In this document: one piece after another, positions 26,381 through 37,500 of the stretch
How the letters are laid out: the number at the start of each line of letters is the position of its first letter
Numbering within the stretch: position 1 is the stretch's first letter
From: Marsupella aquatica
Lineage: Eukaryota; Plantae; Marchantiophyta
DNA length: 64,000 nt
Reading direction: 5' to 3'
NCBI GenBank assembly: GCA_973895155.1
Contig: OZ316895.1
Span: 4,327,659 to 4,391,658, forward strand
Translations under genes and position numbers: made by a program
Notes under the pieces: generated by a model
Seen by the model: only the letters and a program-made list of their open reading frames with translations
The model's database searches: none
What the model was told of the DNA's origin: nothing

Positions 26381-26662
26381 TCAAGCCAGGAGGTGGTTCA
26401 CCAATGACTTCAAGTACCTGCGAGTGGGAGACCCCCTCCTTGATCTCTTTGCTCCATTCTTCTTCTCCTGCTTGGCGCACTTGCGGCAGTGCTTGCAAGA
26501 CTCGGTATGAACTACCTCAGGAGCCCAGTTTACTGTCTTTTTTACCCTCGGCGCCAGTATCACCGTCACCACCTCATCAGGCCTCTGCTGCTTCTCCTGC
26601 TGAGCTAAGAAAGACACCTCCTGAACGACCTGCAAAGTAGTGATGCAACTCTTCCTTGCCAT
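26381..26662 (-). CDS. PP1 inhibitor-3-like small protein, copy B (93 aa)
   Basis: accATGG start and ILAPRVKKTVNWAPEVVHTE motif. C-terminal KKNGAKRSRRGSPTRRYLKSLVNHLLA is identical to copy A. Confidence 0.7.
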   Translation of the reverse strand: MARKSCITTLQVVQEVSFLAQQEKQQRPDEVVTVILAPRVKKTVNWAPEVVHTESCKHCRKCAKQEKKNGAKRSRRGSPTRRYLKSLVNHLLA

Positions 26663-26887
26663 GGTGATCACCGCCTCAGTCTTTCGACTGTTCTCAACTA
26701 CTCAGCCGATCTATCGATAGTTGTGAGTGAAACTTCCATCAGTTTGAGAGGCCGTTGCTATCTAAATACTATCCTCAGTCAGTCTTCATCACTGAGCTTC
26801 CGAGACTAGAAAGACAAACCGAATAATTCAACAGCTGTGGGGACTTGGACACAACGAGCTGAGAGGAGATGAAGAGCCGTTGTGGGG

Positions 26888-26896
26888 TTTTATAAA
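26888..26896 (-). promoter_or_regulatory. Candidate TATA box of INH3-like copy B
   Basis: TTTATAAAA on the minus strand ~230 bp upstream of the ATG. The homologous position in copy A (~10978) is also TATATA-like. Confidence 0.4.
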
Positions 26897-27659
26897 TCCG
26901 CCCAGGCAGGCGCGAGGCCAAGAGGTACAGCATGACAGAACATGACGACTTGCAGCACGGCCATTGCCGTCCTTGCCCTTTACAGTAAAACATACCGACG
27001 AGGACATAGTTCACCTTTTCGCAATTTCTCCACTGAGCTGCACGAGAGAACTGATTCTGCAGGTGGGTGTGGCCCATCACCGCCATGATCATATATTATT
27101 ATTAACTGATTGCTACAACACTGACTTGGTGGGCCGACTCTCACTGCTCCATCATGGGTTCGAGATCCGAGAGGATGGTGGACAGTTGCCCACAGTCCTG
27201 TCATTCTGCCAAATTCATATCTCGCCTCGGTTTCTCCCCTCACAGTCTCCCATGCTTTGAAGAGAGAGCGCTACCGACAGGTTGACTGAAACTGATGCTG
27301 TAGCATTTCTTTATTGATTCATGTCTACGGGGAATTCTGGCCTAAGACTATGTTTACGTGAAGCCTCCACGTAATTGCACATCAGAATGTGACTATATAT
27401 TTATTAATTTATACGATAGTTTATGTTAATATGCGGTGTATTTTGTTTTTCCTTACCATCAAAAACAATTATTCTGCTTAGAACACTTAGTGTTATTGTA
27501 GAATACAAATTTGGCTTTGGGTTGTTGGGACGCTTACATGAATCATGAGGGACTCGTGCATGTGCACCGACTTTTGTATAGATTAATGTCCTGGACAGTG
27601 CACTGTGGACTATGATGCCCCAAGAAATAGGTTTTTTGCATGGACAGTTTCAACCTGCT

Positions 27660-27808
27660 ACTCATACTTCACTCTCCTTTCTTGGTTCTTAGAGGTTTCC
27701 TTTTGTTCACTTCTTTTGCATTTGGTTTTGCCCACTTGGAACCTCTTTTGTTTATTTTTTTGTACTCTGTTTGGCCCTTTTCTGTAAAAAGTTTGTAATA
27801 TATTTTTG
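27660..27808 (+). mobile_element. 3'-UTR-only fragment of the CRE-like family
   Basis: Diverged match to 30890-31020 (CTTTCTTGGTT..GTTTCCTTTTG..CACTTCTTTTGC..TTGGCC.TTTTCTGTAAAAAGT), ending TATATTTTT. Confidence 0.75.
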
Positions 27809-28407
27809 AAATCGGCAGACACAATGTCAAAGGCCAAAAGAACACAAAAAAGAAAAGCGTATACAAAAATGGCCAACCAAAGTACAATGAAGGACAAACA
27901 AAGTAGGTTCAAAACGGACAAATATCAAACCCAGCAGAAGTGTGCAAAGGGAAAGGCTGAAAACCAAGAAAGGGTGAAATCAAAAGAGCCAAAATCTGAT
28001 ACACTTGTTTTTTCAATGAATTACCCACTTTAGGTAAGAAATTATTGCAGTGATCTACATTTGACATGCAATTTTCGAAGGAGGCCAAAAAAACTTCCAC
28101 TGTGATAGATCTCAAATGGTGAATAATTACAAGCCCATTCGTCTAAACAATGTTCTTTGTCCACTTAATGACTGAGTTGCTACCATGATGCGCCCTTGGT
28201 TTTGCATTCAACCAAGAAGGAACGTACTGTAGATGGCCAACTATAACACCACAAAGGTTATTCAGGTGCTTTGTCGCTTTGGATTACGGTCTATCGCCTA
28301 GTGTGGACCTCAAAGGACATCATTGTCTCACAAGCTCAGGACTGGTGATCATTCCAAGGCATGTGCAACTCCTCAGTTCCCTAAAGGACACTGAACTATT
28401 GTAACAA

Positions 28408-28590
28408 GTCTCTCCAAAGCCAAAGTGGTCGATGCTATCTTTCTTTATTAGGAAATGTCTCTCCAAAGCCAAGTGGTCGATCCTATCTTTCTTTACTGTA
28501 AAATGCCTCTCCAAACGAAAGTTGTCGATGCTATCGTTATTTATTGCAAAAGTGTCACTCCACAGCCAAAGTGGTCGATGCTATCTTTAA
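28408..28590. repeat. ~49-bp tandem repeat (4 units)
   Basis: TCTCCAAAGCCAAAGTGGTCGATGCTATCTTT recurs. Related units at ~28870 and ~32225. Confidence 0.8.
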
Positions 28591-28900
28591 TTCAGGTAAT
28601 TTTTAAGCTTTACTTCATGGTTTAGTATTTCATATCACTTTTTTTCTTTGGATTCTCAGTATAAATTTGTTCTCCTTTGGTTAATCTTGGATAGGAATTT
28701 TGTTTAGGAAACTGTACGTGATAAGGCTCTAGCATTGGAAATCTGGTAGCAACTGTCAGCATTGTTTTGAAATTTGTTTGCTTCCTAGAATTCAGAAATT
28801 TTATCCAAGTCCTCCCTCTCTTCAGAAGGCTGGAAGATAATTGTTCTAATTGTTCTTCCAATTAATAAGCCAACATCATCGATGCTATCTTTGTTTCAAG

Positions 28901-31900
28901 TCCTAAACTATAATACAAGGTTACGCCTTTTTATGAAGTGGTCGTCATTCAAATTTGCGGTGTCCAAAAAACATTAATCATGTCAAAGAGAAATAATAAA
29001 GGTTATATTAAATTTAGTGTGCACCAAAAAATAATAAATACATTCCAAACAAACTGGGAATGAAATGGGAGACACAAAAGTAGGGAGCCAATGCTAGAAC
29101 CAATGGGGCACACAAAACAAGAGAGTGAATATACATGCATGAGTATCAAGGAGGTATACACATGAAATACAAAAGTACATAATATATATGATACTATATA
29201 TTATTGTAAGTATTACAATATTACAAAATATAATAATGATAATAATTTAATTAAAATAGGTTAATTAAAAATAGGTTAGATTACAAAGACCATATCAAAA
29301 GCTATAATAAAATGTTACTTTTTTTTATTATAGTAGTCATTCAAATTTGCAATATCCCCAAAATGAAAAACATGAAAGAAAGATTTATGTTGTGAATGAA
29401 AATGGAGAGTAATGTTTCCAAGCACAAAATGAATTTAATAGTACAAAGAAAATAAGGAGGGTCTCTAGCCATGCAAGAGTATCAAGGAGACCTCCCTTTA
29501 CCATGTACCACTATAATCATGATCGAGTCCCTTTATAAACTATAAAAAGTGACAATCAATTTTGAATGTTTATCAAAACATAATTTTAAGATCTATCCAT
29601 ACATTTCTTCTAAAAATAAGTTCCTGCCCAAGCTACCCTTTAACCTTCCCATACCTGTCACAATTGAAAAAATTAATCAAATTTTAATTACATTTATTAA
29701 TAAATTATAAATTTTAAAATTTTTGAAATAATTTCAAATATAAATTAAATATAGATAAAATATTTTCTCATCTTGACATCTTTTCTTCATATTAAGATCT
29801 TCTCACCTCAAGATCTTTGCTCATCTTGACATATTTTACTCACCTTGAGATCTTTTCTCACCTCAACATATATATTATATTTGTCTCATTTTGCCATATT
29901 TTTCGCAACTGGTCATTTTTATCTCACCACAACATCTTTCTTCCGGAGGGAAGGGCGCAGGAGGCTGGCTTCAGGCCAATCCAGTCATTCCTCACCTGCG
30001 GATGTCTTCAGTGGAGTTTGCGACAGCCATGCGTCTTCGTATGGGCTTGCCCCACCCACTTCTTGCTGGTTTACCTCCTACTTGCACTTGTGGGAAGCCT
30101 TGTGATGCCACAGGTGTCCATCTTCTTCGATGCAGTTTGGGCGGCGAAACCATTTTTGTTCACGACGCTGTGAGAGATGTGACTGCTCAGGTTCTCTCTG
30201 GCTCTTTGGTCTGCGCGCGGCGGGAGGTGGTGCTCGAGTTACCTGGTCCTCCATCACAGCGGTTACGGGTGGATCTTACCATGGTCCATGACGGTCACCG
30301 TACTTTGGCAGATGTAGTGATGGCAAACCCATTGCGCCAAGACATCATTGGGACAGCGGCAACAACGGCAGGGGCAGCAGCATCACGAGCAGCAACAACG
30401 AAGGAGGCCAAATATGTTGCACGAGCTTCATCTGATAGCTTCCTGCCCCTTGCTCTTGAGATATTTGGGCGTCTCCATCATCAGTTCGGCGGGCTTCTTC
30501 GCCAAGCTGCTCGGGATGTTCACGGCCGGATGGGTCCCACCGGGCCCCCGCTATCTGTTTTGACCACGCACTTTCGCCAACGCATTTCAGTCACCTTATA
30601 GCGTGCTCAAGCTCGGGCCGTCTATCGTCGATCTCTGACAGTGGGTGCTAGTGTGCCTCCGCAGCGGCTAGCCCCCCTAGAGGACATTCCTGTCCCACTT
30701 GTCGATCTAGTTTTGACACTTGATGTAGACCACTAGCTTGTTGCCACATTTGCTAGGTATGATGAGGACCTCGGTCCATTTGCGGTAGTTTTAGTTACTC
30801 TTTCTTGGTTTTTAGGGGTTTCCTTTTGCTCACTTCTTTTAGTTCCTCTTTCTTGGTTTTTAGGGTTTCCTTTTGCTCACTTCTTTTAGTTCCTCTTTCT
30901 TGGTTTTTAGGGTTTCCTTTTGCTCACTTCTTTTGCGTTTGGTTTTGTCCACTTGGGACCTCTCTTGTTTATTCTTTTGTACTCTATTTGGCCTTTTTCT
31001 GTAAAAAGTATGTGTATATTTCTTTCTTCATCCTCAACATTTTTTCCTCATATTGATATCTTTTTCTCATCTCACCATCTTTTCTTTCCTTGACTTATTT
31101 TTCTCACCTCCGAATGTTTTTCTCTAATATGACATCTTTTCCTCACCTTGCTATATATTCTTTCCTTGACATATTTTTCTCAACTCGAAATGTTTTTCTC
31201 TTATCGACATCTTTTCTCACCTTGATATATTTTCTCACCTCAACATGCATCATTTGTGCAATGCACAGGTATCAGGCCCGATATGTACTTAACAACATCT
31301 TTTACTTCATAACATCGTTTAGTAATGACATACTTTATCTATTGACCATTTTATACTTAACAACATCTTAATACTTAACGACATCTTTGGCATAACGACA
31401 TCATTGGCAACATGACATCTACTTATTTGACACAATTTTTTACTTGATGGCCTTTTGGGCAACATGCCATCTTTGGCAAAATGACTTCTTTTTCTTAACA
31501 ACATCTTTTTACTTCATGACATTTTTCACATAAGAACATCATTCTTGGGAAACACAACATATCATTCTCTTAAGAGCATTTTGGGCGCCACAATACTTTC
31601 CTCTTAGTGACATCTTGGGGGACACTACATCTTGGGCGCCACAACATCTGTTTTCTTAACAATATCTTGGGCGCCATGATATCCTTATTTTAATGATATT
31701 TTGGGCGACACAACATTTTTTCTCTTAACGACATCTTTTGTGCAATGCATGCGTAATTTCCCTCAACGATGTCTTGGCCGACACGACATATTTTCTCTCA
31801 ATGATGTCTTGCCGACACGACATTTTTTTTTCAACGACATCTTGGCCGACATGACAACTTTTTTTTCAACGACCTATTGGCCAACATGACATCTTTTTTT

Positions 31901-32032
31901 CTCTCAACCACCTCTTGGCCGACATGACATTTTTTCTCTCCACGACCTCTTGGCTTACACAACATCTTTTTTTTCTCAACGACATCTTGGCCGACACGAC
32001 TTCTTTTGTGCAACGCACGGGTATTGAGCTCG
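28901..32032 (+). mobile_element. Helitron-like element with internal degenerate minisatellite, interrupted by a CRE-like insertion
   Basis: 5' TCCTAAACTATAATA. 3' GTGCAACGCACGGGTATTGAGCTCG^T resembles a plant Helitron end with CTAG>CTCG. The same repeat family flanks both sides. AT-rich body with ACGACATCTTGGCCGAC-type units at 31.3-32.0 kb. Confidence 0.5.
29944..31020 (+). mobile_element. 5'-truncated young copy of the CRE-like retrotransposon (RLE domain and 3' UTR)
   Basis: Near-identical to the reverse complement of ~12490-13525. 9-bp direct repeat TCTTTCTTC at 29935-29943 and 31021-31029. Premature TAG at 30599-30601. Confidence 0.9.
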
Positions 32033-33452
32033 TGAACTTATATTTTAATGTTTTTTCCAGGAGTTGGTTGATACTGTCTTGAATTCCTTCAGGAGACACC
32101 TTTGGTATTTCATTAGTCCCAGGTGGTGTGAAGTCATCAAAGGTTTGATGTTGAGTTTTCTTCCTCTAGCTTGGTATGAGTTGATTATGAACTACCCTAC
32201 ATCTCTTGAGAATATTAGAACATGTGTCTCCCAAGCCAAAGTGGTATATGCATGCTATTTTAAATTGTATGAGCCGTCCCCTGGCTTTGAAATGGTATTC
32301 ATCTTTTGGCCGTTTGAGATCCTTTGGAAACAACTTGGCAAGAGGTAAGAGGGATAGACTTTGTCCCCTGGCTGCCTCCATAGCAAAACAAAACCACTGA
32401 AGAGGTCAAAGCAGTAAAAGTAATTATCCAACCAGCTCAAGCAACCAAGGGACACACAGAAAGCAAAATGACAGAGGTCTGTCATCTACTCAGCCCAAGA
32501 TAGTCACTCCGGTTGTCACTGCATTGCAATGAGAAAGTAGCCTATGCTCCACTATTGAAATTAGCCCCTTCTTAAACCGGGCCAGCTACATTGGTACCCA
32601 TTGAAGTCCCTCAAGGCACTTTGGCAATCTGTAATGTTGAAGTACTGTAATGAAGGTTCACATACTTGTTTTTCTGGGTTCTTAACACAGCAATACAAGG
32701 CCCTTGGGGCTTGGGAGAACACAGTTTTTGGACAAAAATGATGGACACGTGTTGCCAAGTCACTGGACAGAAAAGTAGGTGCATTTAGTTGCTTGGGCTG
32801 CAAACGAAAGATAAATATTTGCCAGAGAGTGCAAAAACAAATCACAAGCAATATTGAATCGCCTTGCTATAATAGGACTCCAATTAAAAAGAAAATGCCT
32901 CCAAAACATACTAGAAAACCATATTCAAAGAACAAGTATAAGACAAAACACTATTTTGTCGTATTACCTAAACCAGCCACAACCATACAGGGATACAGGG
33001 ATCTCACTGTTATGGCTGTCTTCAGGCTGTCTTGCTGTCCAGTACGCTGTTCTTGTACCTATATAATGTACCAGTTGCAGAAATTCCAATAAGGAGGTCC
33101 ATGACAAATGAGCTCTTTGATCTCAAGAGGACTCAAACGTACATGCTCCTCAGTCTGTATTACATTGTTTGGGTGCAAGTCCTTTCTTATATGTGTATGA
33201 ATATTACAACCATTGGATCTTCCAGATGTCCATGTTGTCTATAAACAATCCATTGTTTAACATAATGTAATATCCAATAGTTGTAGTATTCAAAAAGTAA
33301 TCAACACAAGAAATATATGGTTCATCCTTTCCAGAAGCTATATTCATAGCTCAAACACAATAAATAGTTTCACTGCACTCTAGATCATTATGTTGGTCAT
33401 ACCAAGTCTCTACAGTACAACTATCTCTCAGACAACTCCGTAACAATAATAT

Positions 33453-33789
33453 TGTTAAGGATCGATTACTCTTAGTCTTATGACTCAAAGGTTACGGCAA
33501 TTAGATTAACCTCAGTTAGGAACTTAGCTGAGGTTAGGTTAGTCATGTGTGACCTTGCATATATCAGGGCTAGTGTAAGTCGATGGTATGTAATGTTTTC
33601 TCATTGTAATGGAGTAACTTGAGGAAGAAAGAGAGCTTGTGTATTTGGATGACTTTTGAAATAAAGTTGTTATGTTTGTGTGGACGTAGCCTTGGAGAAG
33701 AGGTGAACCACGTATGGACTGTGTCGACTACGTGAGCATGGTATGAGTCATGGTTGTGTTATCATGAAAGAAGACGTCATAGTTCAACA
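33453..33789. mobile_element. Solo LTR (337 bp), same family as 293-640, opposite orientation
   Basis: TGTTAAG...TTCAACA termini. Flanks AATAT/AATAC form a 5-bp TSD with 1 mismatch. Shares GAGGTGAACCACGTAT..TGTGTCGACT with the reverse complement of 293-640. Confidence 0.75.
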
Positions 33790-34166
33790 AATACTAAGTT
33801 TGATTCACAAGTGAACTCTTGCTTACAGTACATACAGATACCTAACAACATATGTAACGAGTAAAGTTAGAGTATTACAATTAAATCAGGTAATACTAGG
33901 CCCAAGAATAAATGTCTAGAACAATACTCTGAAGTACCCAAGAGACTTCTCAAATGCCACTACCACTATCATAGTGTTAGGAGGCAATGTGCAAGAATGC
34001 AAATAGGATGCAAAACGTGAAGTGAAAAATAATTGATTTTGATGTGTGCACATTTTATTGTGATGAATGTGTTCCACTCACTAGATAGTGCAGAAATACA
34101 AAGGAATGTGCACTTTTTAATTGATGATCGACCAAATTGTCACAAAATATTCTAGACTCGTGCAAT

Positions 34167-34693
34167 CTATGGTGAATGCACATTATAAATTTTGTCTTAT
34201 TCAGATTTTTGTGTCATGTATTTTCATTTCAATCTGCCTTATCAAGGGGCAGCCTTTGTATTCTATACATTTTTAATTAATTTTTAGACCCCTTTAGTTT
34301 TAGGTATTCTAGAGTGTTTTGAACTTAGTTTGGCAGCCCCCCTTTCACAATATGTGTTTCTTAGAGATTAAACCAAAGACTCCACCACCACGAGTGAGAG
34401 AAATGATGTTGAAGAACATGAATGCATAGCCTCTTAAATTTTCTTCATGTTTTTCTTTTCTAGGTTTATGGTTTTTATTGAAATGACTGTCATTTATAAG
34501 GTACCCTGAGTTAAGTGCACACATCTTAGCATCGTTTGACTGTACCTTTTCTTGGTCACTATGCTTTCCTTGGCAGACACTTTACTTTTATAATAGCACT
34601 TCTATGCTCTCATATTTTATTTACTTTCACATTATTACAAGACAAAAAATAAAGCATGTTCCAAGATGAGTATGCTACTATGAGTATGCTATA
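34167..34693 (+). mobile_element. SINE-like or LINE-3'-end insertion with 16-bp TSD
   Basis: TCTAGACTCGTGCAAT at 34151-34166 and 34694-34709. 3' tail is (ATGAGTATGCTA)x2. Homologous to the reverse complement of 51130-52000. Confidence 0.7.
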
Positions 34694-36423
34694 TCTAGAC
34701 TCGTGCAATGCAACGAAAATGTTTTACACTTTAATCAAGCAGTTGCATGGCGCGCCCGCACTACAGTACTTCATTTAATTCAGTCAATAAAGTTTATCTG
34801 GAATCTTTGTATGGGGGGCAATGGTTTTAATGTTTACTGACCTCCAGTAGACCAGTACCGCTGCCATAGTACTCATTATCAATTAAAAATTGGGTTCCAA
34901 CAAATTGGCGAGAAATTAAATACTAGGCTGTGGAAAGAGTGCCTTCTGTTCAAATTGGTAGCAAACACATGTTTTGGCTAGTTGTCCATGAAATATTTAA
35001 AAACTGACACTCGAAAATTTTGGGGATGGGCGAGAAATCAATGTTGTGACAGTCTGAAAGCAAGTTAAAGCTATTCTTAGCCATCCAAGATAGCAAACCA
35101 GGTTATGACTCCAATAAACTCAACAAAAGCAGATTTGCTGGACTTTTAAATAAAAATATCTACAGCAGGCTTTCCAGTGCTTCGTACATTTTGCAACATT
35201 TGTGAGTCTTTAGTGGTCACTCACATTCAAGGGCACAATCAAACGGCTCCAAGAATCACTTAATTAACCCCTCCACAGTCCACATGAGTGACATTCCTGT
35301 TTCCCACATTCAAAATGATTGGAGTCATCTTGGTAGATAATCATAGTGCTACTAGCACAGGCTGTGTGTGTGCATTCTTCTCCATAAAACACTAGAAACA
35401 ACAAAGAGAGAAATGGCAAAGGGCATCCAGTTTTGTGTATTCTATGTCTCTTAGGGGAGCTTTACAAGAACTTGGGGACTGAAATAGTCATTTGACTACC
35501 CATTGCACATGGGTGACAGCCACCACCATGTTGCAAAGTCCAAAAAGGTTTATGTTTTTGTTTGTTTGTTTGTTACTTTCTTACAAAATTCATAAATTTT
35601 GAGTTCTGGATTTTTTTGTCTCGGAAAAAAACAGGTAGGTCAGGCAAAGGGTGCCTGAGTGGATCTGATGGTCCAAAAAAATTAATAGTTTGGTGAACGT
35701 CCAAGGGTGAATGGCTAGGGTCACTTATTGCAGTGTTTGATGGGCTCTATTATATATTCCATCCCCGCCCTCACCTTGTCACAATTTGAGGGCTCCTTGA
35801 ATGGCGAGGCTGACCATACACTGCTTACTCTAAGACTTGAGGGGTGCCCTCAACTGATATACAGCTGGTTTTTCTGGGTTACTCCTTGACTTGTTGGGCC
35901 TCTTTGGTCTTCTTGGGATCTTTTCCTTCCGTCGCCCCTCCCCCCTTATTGGGTTCTTTTGCCTTTGGGACCATGTCTCCTGGTTTGGCGTTACTGTCTT
36001 TTTGGCGGTCTGTGTGATATATAGATCACCTGTGTGATATATAGATCACCTCAGACCATTTTGGACACCAGAAGGAAGGAGGAGTAGACTGCTATTTATA
36101 GAAGTACATGTGATGAAAGGGCCCTTGATAAGTTTTGTTTTGGAAATTTCTGTTTAACCTTAGACAAATCTTCAGGTAACTTCAGAAGAATGCGTTTTGG
36201 AGGTCTCCAAAATCACTTCTGTGAACCCAATTTGAGAAAACATTATTGAGGGGTGCTCATTAATTACCCTGGTTTGTAATGCAGCCAAACGATGTCATTA
36301 AACATAGCTCGAGACAAACAAACAAAAATCTGCAGGGCAAGGGAGATGAAATGAATTTGTTGCCTTGTGCAGCTTTTTGATCTTATGGATACTTTTCTTC
36401 AATTAAGGTGAACTGAGATCCCA

Positions 36424-37500
36424 TCTTATCCCGAACACATGCATTGTGTTCAAAAATGAAAATTTTGGGTTTTGTGACAAAAACAACACATTTGAATTTG
36501 AACACAACGTCTGAGCATTGTGTTCAAATATGGACATTGTGTTCGAGTTGGATGCTGTGCTTTGAGTTCTGATCCCAGACTGCTTTTACATTGATCGCGA
36601 TAAAAATTCATGAATCATGTATGACAATGTGAACACAAACACAAAACCAATATTCGAACACGCATCCATTTCGAACACAATGCATTTTAAGTAAAATGAA
36701 AACACCTAGTCAAAACTCAAATACAAAGTCCCCATGCACTATTTAGAATATTGAAATCAAATACAACACCATGGTGCAAAAATGAAAACACTTAGTCAAA
36801 AATCCAATACAAAGCCCCCTTGCACTATTTGAAGCACTATTTGAATACAGCCTCAAATACAACACCCCGGTGCACTATTTTGGATATAGCCTCCCCATGG
36901 CGGGCATGGAAACTAGAAAAAAAAAAGTACACGGCGGTGCAATAGCTGCGCGTGGGTCCATCTCCTCCTTGTAAGCGCAAAAAGCTTCGCAGAGAGATGT
37001 CAACTCCTCAAATCGAGCTCCATGAATCGCGCATTTAGATTCACTGAAGCCCAACTTGGCCTCATCTCACAAACCTGTCTCGTTGGCACTGTGATCGAAC
37101 CATGACCCAAGATCTTTCACGTCTTCTCGATGTCGGCTCCAGGATCTCGGCATTGAGACTGGTAGGCGCAGGTCACCTTGGCTTGGGCGTACCCCAGTAC
37201 CGAGTGGCTGCATCGCTGAACGATAAAATTGATTGAAGCAGGTCCATCCTCCTTGACTTTGAGCTTGGAAAGTTTAGCAGGTACTGTACCACCAACGAGA
37301 GACAGCGTGGGCAGCGAATCAAGTGTTATCGACATCACCGGTACTGTGAAGGAGATTGGGTCAAACTCCCGGTCAAACTATGTCAATTTGGTGGATGTTG
37401 AGTTGGTGAAAGTTGACCGGACCTGATTTCATGGCTAGCGTTGATCTACACTTGCAACTACGGCACTTCTGTGTAAAATATGTTTGAGACTGATGTCGTT
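36424..37500 (+). mobile_element. Composite Helitron-like element joining the 23.9-kb and 22.1-kb repeat types
   Basis: A^TCTTAT start. 36440-36890 matches 23960-24375, and 36895-37500 matches 22100-22740 (GCGCGTGGGTCCATC..CTTGTAAGCGCAAAAAGCTTC). 3' end not defined. Confidence 0.5.
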
